Positions 56,672 through 64,000 of a stretch of 64,000 nucleotides of DNA are shown piece by piece. The DNA comes from an uncultured Alphaproteobacteria bacterium (GTDB taxonomy: Bacteria > Pseudomonadota > Alphaproteobacteria > Rhizobiales > Xanthobacteraceae), in assembly GCA_963816815.1 (NCBI GenBank), contig CAWFMW010000013.1, positions 85,502-149,501 of the forward strand, read 5' to 3'. The notes under the pieces were generated by a model. It did no database searches. It was not told the origin of the DNA and was given only the letters and a program-made list of their open reading frames with translations. Position numbers and translations under genes: made by a program. Position 1 is the stretch's first letter. Each line of letters begins with the position of its first letter.

Positions 56672-58609
56672 CTAGTTCGATTTCGCGCCCTCTGCCGGCT
56701 CCGGCGCCGCCGGTTGCCGTCCACCGCCGGTGAACCGCTCGATCACCGAGCGCACCGCATCGCGCGTCTTGCGGTCCTTCACCGCATCGAGCAGCGGCGC
56801 GGCGCCGGGCGAGCGGCGGATCAGGCTTTCGGGATCGGGGAATACCAGCGGATCGTCCCATGGGCCCTGCACCACGAAGGGCAGCTCAAATCCCTTGTCG
56901 CCGCCGTTGGCCGCAGGCGTCAGGCTGGCGACGCCCTTGAGGTCGTATTCGCGGGACGGCACTGAGGCGGTGCCGGTCAGGGTCAGCCGCGTCGTCGGTC
57001 CGTCGACGCGGACGTCCTCGACGGTGGCAATGCCGTCGTTGAAGCTCACCGAGACCGTGAGATTATCGTAGGGCGTCGAGCCCGAGCGCAGATTGCCGCC
57101 GCCGGAGAGCGGCCGGCGCTCCAGCCGCTTCAACAGTTGCTCGACATTGAAGCCCGCGATCGCGCCGTCATGGCCGATCAGGGTAGCCGTGCCGTCGAGC
57201 GAGGAGGCGAGGCCGAACGGGCTCGAGCCCGAGGCCGTCAGCGACACCCCGAGATTGCCGCGACCGGACAGTTTGGTGATGCCGAACAATTCGTTGGCGC
57301 AGGCCTGCAGGTCGACATCGGTGAACTGGAACTGCGCCTTGACGTCGGCGATCGCATCCGAACGCGCGATGCCGAACGAGCCCTTGGCGATGCCGCCGTA
57401 CATCTGCGCTTCGCCGATCGAGAGCGCCAGTGCGCCGTTGCGCAGGTTCGCGCCGAATGCCGTTCGGCCGAGTTTTGTCGGGCCGACCGTCACCCGCGCC
57501 GCCGACAGGCGCATGTCGAGATCGGTGGCGGATAGCGACGTCAGGTCGAACAATTGCCGGTTCCAGTCGCGCGCGCCGCTTGCCAGCAGGCGCACGGTGG
57601 AGATGTAGGGCGTGAAGTCGAGATTGCCCGCGGCGAGCGTCGCCTGAATCGCCTGGCGGCCGTTATTGGAAAAAGTCATCACGCCCTCGGCGGCGTTGCC
57701 GTCGAGTTCGACATTCACATTCGTCAACGCCACCGAGGCGCCGACCAGATTGGCACGCGCCTTCAGCGCGAAGCGGCCGAAGCCGCCGCTGCCGGGCACC
57801 GGCTGTCCCATCCAGCGCATCGCGTTGCGCAGCGACAGGCTGTCGACGGTCACCGTGCCTTCCATCATCAGGCTGGTGCGGTTGGCGACCGAGCCGTCGA
57901 AGGCCAGTTTCAGCGGCGCGCTGACGAGGCGCGCCTTCAACCCCGAGCGGTCGCCCGACAGCATCGCGACGAAGTCGCTGGCCGAGATCGAGCCGTCGAC
58001 GCGTTCGCCGCGCCAGTCGAATTGCCCGGTCGCCGCAAACGAGCGCGAGATCGACGGCCAGGCCAGCGACAGATCGATGTCGCCGAGCTGCTCGGCGACA
58101 TGGTTGGCGGCGTCCTCGTATTTCAACACGCCGTCCTGGATCCTGATTTCCGAAAACGAAACCTGGTTTTCGGCGCCGGGCGTCATGGTGCGCGCGATCC
58201 GATCGACGAACGGCGTCCAGTTGCTCCCGCCGCCGGCTTCCCTGACGACGCGGATCTGCGGCCGCAGCATCATGACGTCGGCGATTTCAAAGCGGCGCAG
58301 CAGCAGCGGCAGCAGGCGCAGGTTCGCGGTCAGCACATCGACCTGCAGCGCGGGGTCCATGGTGCCGCCGCCCTTCAGCCCGACATTGTGGAAGGAGACG
58401 TAACTGCCCGGAAACACCGAAACGTCGATCGCGCCCGATACGACCAGGTCGAGCCCGGTGACGTCGCGGATCTGCGCCTCGACCGCCTGTCGCAGCGCGT
58501 CGCGATTGAGGAACCAGGAGGTTCCGATCAGGGTGAGCACGGCCACGCCGAACAGCGCCGCAATCGGCATCCCGAGGCGCTTCATTCCTTGGCCCATCGT
58601 CAATGACAT
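56672..58609 (-). CDS. AsmA family protein
   Basis: N-terminal TM, LRQAVEAQIRDVTG; beta-rich body; C-terminal LPFVVQGPWDDP. Confidence 0.88.
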   Translation of the reverse strand: MSLTMGQGMKRLGMPIAALFGVAVLTLIGTSWFLNRDALRQAVEAQIRDVTGLDLVVSGAIDVSVFPGSYVSFHNVGLKGGGTMDPALQVDVLTANLRLLPLLLRRFEIADVMMLRPQIRVVREAGGGSNWTPFVDRIARTMTPGAENQVSFSEIRIQDGVLKYEDAANHVAEQLGDIDLSLAWPSISRSFAATGQFDWRGERVDGSISASDFVAMLSGDRSGLKARLVSAPLKLAFDGSVANRTSLMMEGTVTVDSLSLRNAMRWMGQPVPGSGGFGRFALKARANLVGASVALTNVNVELDGNAAEGVMTFSNNGRQAIQATLAAGNLDFTPYISTVRLLASGARDWNRQLFDLTSLSATDLDMRLSAARVTVGPTKLGRTAFGANLRNGALALSIGEAQMYGGIAKGSFGIARSDAIADVKAQFQFTDVDLQACANELFGITKLSGRGNLGVSLTASGSSPFGLASSLDGTATLIGHDGAIAGFNVEQLLKRLERRPLSGGGNLRSGSTPYDNLTVSVSFNDGIATVEDVRVDGPTTRLTLTGTASVPSREYDLKGVASLTPAANGGDKGFELPFVVQGPWDDPLVFPDPESLIRRSPGAAPLLDAVKDRKTRDAVRSVIERFTGGGRQPAAPEPAEGAKSN

Positions 58610-58880
58610 ATCCGGATCTGGCTAAACCGAACGCGGGGTTGATGCTACGGGGACTGGTTGATTAAGGGTCTATGTCGATCAGGGCAGGCGTCGCAACGGT
58701 CAAGCCCATGCCAACCCACACAACTTGAAGGGTTTTCTTGACGCTTTCAAGGCCGGGGTGGCGCCCGGCGGGCGCTTCGGCGGCATAATCCACCCATCAT
58801 TGACGCACCGCGAAGAATTCGCCTAATAATTCCGTAGATAATGCCGGCAGACGGCCGTTCCCACCATCAGGTCATATTCC

Positions 58881-59588
58881 ATGAAAAAGGTTTACCCCGA
58901 CGCCAAATCGGCACTCGATGGCGTCCTCAAGGACGGCATGATGATCATGTCCGGCGGCTTCGGCCTGTGCGGTATCGCCGAGACCCTGTCGGACGCGATC
59001 CGCGATTCCGGCGTCAAGGGTTTGACGGTTATCTCCAACAATGCCGGCGTCGACGGCATCGGCCTATCCCGGCTTTTGGAGACGCGGCAGATCAAAAAGA
59101 TGATCTCGTCCTATGTCGGCGAGAACAAGCTGTTCGCGCAGCAATACCTCGCCGGTGAACTGGAACTCGAGTTCAATCCGCAGGGCACGCTGGCCGAGCG
59201 CATCCGCGCGGGCGGCGCCGGGATCCCGGCCTTCTACACCAAGACCGGCGTCGGCACGCTGATCGCCGAAGGCAAGGAAGTGAAGGAGTTCGACGGCGAG
59301 AAGTACATCATGGAGCGCGGCCTGTTCGCTGATCTGGCCATCGTTCACGCCTGGAAGGGCGACACCGCCGGTAACCTGATCTACCGCAAGACCGCGCGCA
59401 ACTTTAACCCGATGATGGCGACCGCTGCGAAGGTCACGGTGGCCGAGGTCGAGCATCTCGTTCCGGCCGGCGAACTCGATCCGGACCATATCCATACCCC
59501 CGGCATTTTCGTCAAACGCATCATCGAGGTCGGCTCGGCCAAGAAGCGGATCGAGTTCCGCAACACCCGCCCGCGGCCCGCGGCATAA
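58881..59588 (+). CDS. scoA: Succinyl-CoA:3-oxoacid CoA-transferase subunit A
   Basis: GGFGLCG, SYVGEN and PQGTLAERIRAGGAGIPAFY. Confidence 0.93.
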   Translation: MKKVYPDAKSALDGVLKDGMMIMSGGFGLCGIAETLSDAIRDSGVKGLTVISNNAGVDGIGLSRLLETRQIKKMISSYVGENKLFAQQYLAGELELEFNPQGTLAERIRAGGAGIPAFYTKTGVGTLIAEGKEVKEFDGEKYIMERGLFADLAIVHAWKGDTAGNLIYRKTARNFNPMMATAAKVTVAEVEHLVPAGELDPDHIHTPGIFVKRIIEVGSAKKRIEFRNTRPRPAA

Positions 59589-59609
59589 GCGCGACACAGG
59601 AGAAACGAT

Positions 59610-60260
59610 ATGGCCTGGACCCGTGAACAGATGGCAGCGCGCGCCGCGAAAGAGTTGCGCGACGGCTATTACGTCAACCTCGGCATCGGCATTCCGACGC
59701 TGGTCTCGAACTACATTCCCGACGGCATCGACGTCAGCCTGCAGAGCGAGAACGGCATGCTCGGCATGGGACCGTTTCCTTACGAGGGCGAGGAAGACGC
59801 CGACCTCATCAACGCCGGCAAGCAGACGGTCAGCGAACTGCCCGACACCAGCTATTTCTCCTCGGCCGAATCCTTCGCCATGGTGCGCGGCGGCCATATC
59901 GATCTGTCGATCTTAGGTGCGATGCAGGTGGCGCAGAACGGCGATCTCGCCAACTGGATGATCCCCGGCAAGATGGTGAAGGGCATGGGCGGCGCGATGG
60001 ACCTCGTCGCCGGCGTCAAGCGCGTCGTCGTCGTCATGGAGCATTCCGCCAAGGACGGCCCGAAGCTGTTGAAGACGTGCAATTTGCCGCTGACCGGCGA
60101 GAAGGTCGTCGACATGGTGGTGACCGATCTCGCCGTATTCACCATCGACAAGCACGGCAAGGACGGCATGGCGCTGATCGAACTCGCCGACGGCGTGACG
60201 CTGGACGAAGTGAAGGCGAAGACCGAAGCCGACTTCCGCGTCGCGCTGAAGAACGCCTGA
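59610..60260 (+). CDS. scoB: Succinyl-CoA:3-oxoacid CoA-transferase subunit B
   Basis: [13 protein letters not shown] (catalytic Glu) and GMGGAMDLV. Confidence 0.93.
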   Translation: MAWTREQMAARAAKELRDGYYVNLGIGIPTLVSNYIPDGIDVSLQSENGMLGMGPFPYEGEEDADLINAGKQTVSELPDTSYFSSAESFAMVRGGHIDLSILGAMQVAQNGDLANWMIPGKMVKGMGGAMDLVAGVKRVVVVMEHSAKDGPKLLKTCNLPLTGEKVVDMVVTDLAVFTIDKHGKDGMALIELADGVTLDEVKAKTEADFRVALKNA

Positions 60261-60275
60261 GGTTCTGACGGTCCC

Positions 60276-60408
60276 GTAGGGTGGGCAAAGCGCAGCGTGC
60301 CCACCATTTCGCAGCGCGATTGACGATAGATGGTGGGCACGTCGCTGACGCTCCCCTGCCCACCCTACGGCGCTGCCACGGCATCGCCTACGCCGGCCCG
60401 TTCGAAAT
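60276..60408. repeat. Direct repeat copy 1: GTAG REP doublet (60276-60368) plus 40 bp resembling the permease 3' end
   Basis: 93-bp doublet differs from 63212-63304 at only 2 positions; similarity continues to 60408. Confidence 0.92.
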
Positions 60409-60422
60409 CTGTGCTCGCCCGC

Positions 60423-60905
60423 TCAGCGGTCGACCGGCTTCCCCGGGCCCAGATGGTAGCGGCTGGAGAAGAACACCAGCGGGAGACTATCGCAGTAATC
60501 GCACTCTGATACTTCGGCGATGAACAGCGTGTGGTCGCTGACGTCGATCGTCCGCGTCACCTCGCAGGCGAAAAACGCCACGCAGTTCGACAGCCGCGGC
60601 AGGCCTTCGACGATCTCGTAATCGGGATGTGCCTGGCGCGGCCGGCCCGCGAAATGTCGCGACAGCGCCTTCGCCTGTTCCGGCAGCACGTTGACGCCAT
60701 AGCGCCGGCTCGCCGACATCGCCTCATGCGTCTTCCCCGGTTTGACCGAGACCAGCACGGTCGGCGGCGAAAGGCTGATGGTGACGAAGCTGTTGGCCGT
60801 CATGCCGCAGACCTCGCCGTGGGAATCGAGCGCGGTCAGTACCGCAACCCCGGTCGCAAAGCGCGATGCGGCCTGGCGGAAGGCGAGCGGGTCGGCGCGC
60901 TGCAT
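60423..60905 (-). CDS. Flavin reductase (StyB/HpaC-like)
   Basis: FRQAASRFATGVAV, GMTANSFVTISLSPP and SDHTLFIAEV. Confidence 0.92.
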   Translation of the reverse strand: MQRADPLAFRQAASRFATGVAVLTALDSHGEVCGMTANSFVTISLSPPTVLVSVKPGKTHEAMSASRRYGVNVLPEQAKALSRHFAGRPRQAHPDYEIVEGLPRLSNCVAFFACEVTRTIDVSDHTLFIAEVSECDYCDSLPLVFFSSRYHLGPGKPVDR

Positions 60906-60915
60906 TTCATGCTCC

Positions 60916-62166
60916 TCACGCCGTGGCCCGCACCGGCGCGGCGGGCGCCGTCTTGCGCTCGATCCAGGCCTGGATGCGCTCAGCCGACGCGACGCGGTCC
61001 CATTGCTGGTCCGGATAGTTGAAGTTCTCGGTGAACTCGTCGGCGAGCGCCTGGTTCTGGCTCATCGCGCCGATCAGCTGGCCTAGCGCCTCCGAGGGCG
61101 GCTGCAGCATGATGTTGGTCCAGCGCGCGGCCGCCAGCACGCGGTCTTGTCGTTTGAGGTCGACCTTTTCGCAGAACCGCGCGTCGAGCACGTCGGCGTT
61201 GACGATCTCCTCGCCGAGCACGAACGCAGCGTAGGAGGCGACGTTGGCGCCCTGTCCCATCATCGGATCGACCACCGAATGGACGTCGCCGAGCGCGATG
61301 GCGCATTTGCCGCCGTCGAATTCCACCACCGTATTGCGAACCGTCGGCACCACGCCGCCCTGCAGCAGATCGAGCGGCTGTGCGAGATCGAAGCGTGCGG
61401 TGTCGATGCGGTCATAGGTGGTCGGATGATGCTTCTCGAGCTTCTCCAGCACGACGCGCAGGAAATGCTTCGGGTTCGCCTCGTAGCTCAGCGTCGCAAG
61501 CTCCTCCATGTCGCCGCCCGGCACGTTCTCCATCAACAGCGCGCTGGCGATGCCGCCGAAGGTAATGGTCGGAATCACGATCATCTCGCCATGGCCCGGC
61601 GAAACCGAAAGCGTCACGTTCATCGGGTCCGGCTCGCGTACGCCGGTATAGAGGCCGACACAGAGCCGCCGCTGCGGCTGCGAATAGGGCGAGTGCTCCG
61701 GCCGGTAAGCGAAGAGCTGGCCGAGCGGGCCCTTGCCGCTGGAAACAACGAGGAGGTCGAACCGGCTGACCAGCGGCGCGATATCGCCTTCCTCGATCCG
61801 GCGGTATTCGATCCTGCCGCCGCGATCGGCAAAGTCCTTCATCAGCACCGGCAGATAGATCCGGTAGTCGACGGCGCGGCTCGGCCGCGAGAAGTAGCCG
61901 CGGAAGCCGATCGGCTGCGGGAAATTGAAGAAGTGATCGTGGTAGTAATAGTGATGCTTCGGGTCGTTCCAGTGATTGACGCCGAGATAGTCTTCGCGCG
62001 CGACCGTCCCATGGTGGTGCGCGACCGTGTTCAACAGGCGGATGCCGCGATACTCGTCCGGCGCGCGGTCGGTGATCAGCGTGGCGTCGACGCCGTGCTT
62101 CTGAAGATACAGAGCCAGATGCAAGCCAGCGATGCCGGCCCCGACGATCCCGATGCGCCGTCCCAT
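60916..62166 (-). CDS. Styrene/indole monooxygenase oxygenase subunit (StyA/IndA-like)
   Basis: GAGIAGLHLAL, RLLNTVAHH, SRAVDYRIYLP and GDVHSVVDPMMGQGAN. Confidence 0.88.
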   Translation of the reverse strand: MGRRIGIVGAGIAGLHLALYLQKHGVDATLITDRAPDEYRGIRLLNTVAHHHGTVAREDYLGVNHWNDPKHHYYYHDHFFNFPQPIGFRGYFSRPSRAVDYRIYLPVLMKDFADRGGRIEYRRIEEGDIAPLVSRFDLLVVSSGKGPLGQLFAYRPEHSPYSQPQRRLCVGLYTGVREPDPMNVTLSVSPGHGEMIVIPTITFGGIASALLMENVPGGDMEELATLSYEANPKHFLRVVLEKLEKHHPTTYDRIDTARFDLAQPLDLLQGGVVPTVRNTVVEFDGGKCAIALGDVHSVVDPMMGQGANVASYAAFVLGEEIVNADVLDARFCEKVDLKRQDRVLAAARWTNIMLQPPSEALGQLIGAMSQNQALADEFTENFNYPDQQWDRVASAERIQAWIERKTAPAAPVRATA

Positions 62167-62267
62167 GTCCGCCTCCCCAAAGGTTGTTCGGGAGCTGGCC
62201 TCCCGTTGTTGGCTGCACCCTAGCGGCGAACTTGCTCCAGAAAAATGGAATGGATAGGATATGATCT

Positions 62268-62282
62268 ATTCCTGATGGGAAT
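62268..62282. promoter_or_regulatory. LysR recognition site (T-N11-A palindrome)
   Basis: attcc-tgatg-ggaat between the divergent monooxygenase and LysR genes. Confidence 0.7.
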
Positions 62283-62288
62283 GATCGC

Positions 62289-63185
62289 ATGGACCGGATC
62301 GACTGTTTGCGTGCCTTTGTCCGCTCGCTGGAGGGCGGCAGCTTCTCGGTGGCCGCCAACGAGCTCGGCATCGGTCAGCCGGCCGTGAGCAAGCGGATCG
62401 CATTGCTCGAAAGCGAGTTCGGCACGCAATTGTTCTTCCGCACCACGCGCAAGCTCAAGCCGACGCCCGAGGGCCACCGCATCTACGATCTGGCCCGCCA
62501 GATCCTTGGAAATTTCGATCTGGCGCGGGCGAACGCCGAGGAAAGCTCGCTGCGGCCGAGCGGGACGCTGCGGATCAGCCTGCCGTCGTCGTTCGGCCGC
62601 CGCTATTTGATGCCCGTCATTGCCGAATATGTCCGGACCTATCAGGGGGTTCGTCTGGACGTCCGCTTCAGCGAGCGGTTCGTCAACCTCGTGGAGGAGG
62701 GGATCGAGCTGGCGCTGCGGATCGGGCAGCTCGAATCGAGCACGCTGGTCGCGCGGCGGCTTGGCACGGTGCGGCGCTATCTGGTCGCGACGCCAACCTA
62801 CCTTAAAGTCCGCTCGGTGCCGCGCGCGCCCGAAGACCTCAACGCGCACCAATGCATCGTCTATTCGCGCGTGCCCGCCGCCAATGACTGGATCTTCGAA
62901 TCCGAACACGGCCGCCACGTCGCTTCGATCGGCGGTCCGCTGCTGGTCGACGATGCCGACGCGATGGAGCAGGCGGTGATGCATCATCTCGGCATTGCCG
63001 TCCTGCCGGAATGGAGCGCCGTCGCCGGTATTCGCAGCGGTCAGTTGCAGAACCTGCTGCCGGATTTTTCAATCGCCGCCTTGCCGCTGCACGCGGTCTA
63101 TCCCGAAACGCACTGGATGTCGCTCCGGGCGCGAAGCTTCCTTGACCTGCTGATCAAGCGTGCGGGGCAATTCTCCACGCCGTAA
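62289..63185 (+). CDS. LysR family transcriptional regulator
   Basis: GSFSVAANELGIGQPAVSKRIALLE...LFFRTTRKL. Confidence 0.93.
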   Translation: MDRIDCLRAFVRSLEGGSFSVAANELGIGQPAVSKRIALLESEFGTQLFFRTTRKLKPTPEGHRIYDLARQILGNFDLARANAEESSLRPSGTLRISLPSSFGRRYLMPVIAEYVRTYQGVRLDVRFSERFVNLVEEGIELALRIGQLESSTLVARRLGTVRRYLVATPTYLKVRSVPRAPEDLNAHQCIVYSRVPAANDWIFESEHGRHVASIGGPLLVDDADAMEQAVMHHLGIAVLPEWSAVAGIRSGQLQNLLPDFSIAALPLHAVYPETHWMSLRARSFLDLLIKRAGQFSTP

Positions 63186-63211
63186 GCCTGCTATCGTCGC
63201 CGCTGTTCGCG

Positions 63212-63345
63212 GTAGGGTGGGCAAAGCGCAGCGTGCCCACCCTTTCGCAGCGCGATTGACGATAGATGGTGGGCACGTCGCTGACGCTCCTCTGCCCACC
63301 CTACTGCACCGCCGCGGCATCGCCTTACGCCGGCCCGCTCGGAAT
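63212..63345. repeat. Direct repeat copy 2: GTAG REP doublet (63212-63304) plus the permease 3' end
   Basis: gtagggtgggcaaagcgcagcgtgcccacc...ggtgggcac...gcccaccctac; see copy 1. Confidence 0.92.
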
Positions 63346-64000
63346 ATCCGAAAACCGCGTCAGCCACGCCACAGGGCCGATGCTGGCGGCGACGATCAGC
63401 AGCGCTGCGAGCGCGCCTTCCTCAAAGCTGCCGCGGCTGGCGTATTGATAGATCGAGGTCGCCAGCGTTTCGACGTTGAGCGGCCGCAGCAGCAGCGTCG
63501 CCGGCAGCTCCTTGAGGCAATCCACGAACACCACGATGACGGCGCCGAGCATGGCGGGGCGCAGCAGCGGCAGATGGATCAGCCGCATCGTCGTAGTCTG
63601 CCCGGCACCGACGGCGCGTGCGCTGTCGTCGTAGTCGTGCGGGATCCGCTCGAACCCTGCCTTGATGAATCCGGTCGGCACCGCGAGAAAGCGGATCACA
63701 TAGGCGATGACAACGGCGGCACCCGAGCCGACCATGACCAGTCCCGGCAGCGATCGTCCGAGCGAGGCGGCGAGCGCGTTCAGCGCATTGTCGATGGCGA
63801 GCACCGGCGCGAGCAGGCCGAGCGCCAGCACCAGCCCGGGCAGCGTGTAGCCCAATTGCGCGATGTTCATCGCCACGAAGCGCAGCCGGTTCGGCCGCCA
63901 GCGCCAGGCCAGGATGGTCGCAAAGCCGAGCAGCAGCGCGGTGAGCGTGGCAAGGCTCGCGAACGCGACCGAGTTGAAAGCGTCGCGCCACAGGGCCATG
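63325..64000 (-). CDS. Iron(III)-type ABC transporter permease (FbpB-like), C-terminal part; 5' end outside the window
   Basis: LGYTLPGLVLALG, AYVIRFLAV, EAA-like loop DDSARAVGA and LKELPATLLLRP. Confidence 0.88.
   Translation of the reverse strand, partial: MALWRDAFNSVAFASLATLTALLLGFATILAWRWRPNRLRFVAMNIAQLGYTLPGLVLALGLLAPVLAIDNALNALAASLGRSLPGLVMVGSGAAVVIAYVIRFLAVPTGFIKAGFERIPHDYDDSARAVGAGQTTTMRLIHLPLLRPAMLGAVIVVFVDCLKELPATLLLRPLNVETLATSIYQYASRGSFEEGALAALLIVAASIGPVAWLTRFSDIPSGPA

Noticed and set aside
58655-58705. FixK/Fnr box upstream of asmA
   Set aside because: TTGAT is present but the matching ATCAA half-site at N4 spacing is not.

Overview
High-GC alphaproteobacterial chromosome segment, most likely Bradyrhizobium or a close relative, judged from gene content, CGTC/GTAG REP-like repeats and CtrA/LexA-type boxes. 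The core backbone carries pyk, gapR, a YcbK/DUF882 peptidase, an L,D-transpeptidase, a TacA-like sigma54 regulator, pepF, pntAA/AB/B, chaA, rpsU, aqpZ, purKE, c-di-GMP enzymes, potGHI, a sugar ABC transporter, asmA and scoAB. Small accessory insertions are interspersed: two toxin-antitoxin pairs, a decayed IS1595-family element and a styrene/indole monooxygenase cassette. No rRNA, tRNA, CRISPR array or intact mobile element was seen. Leading observations: (1) the right end of the IS1595 remnant holds five consecutive hairpins, three with a UUCCA loop, one of them exactly complementary to the ribosome-binding region of a divergent small basic ORF, suggesting an IS-borne sRNA/small-protein module; (2) an unannotated Arg-rich leader peptide (RYR/RQR) plus hairpin upstream of an ABC-F gene; (3) the monooxygenase cassette is bracketed by a ~133-bp direct duplication made of a REP doublet plus the 3' end of the neighbouring gene; (4) two perfect alphaproteobacterial LexA boxes precede clusters of uncharacterised small genes; (5) a GlpD paralogue lacking several catalytic motif residues sits next to an atypical class III cyclase. 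All calls are by eye, with no database searches or folding runs.
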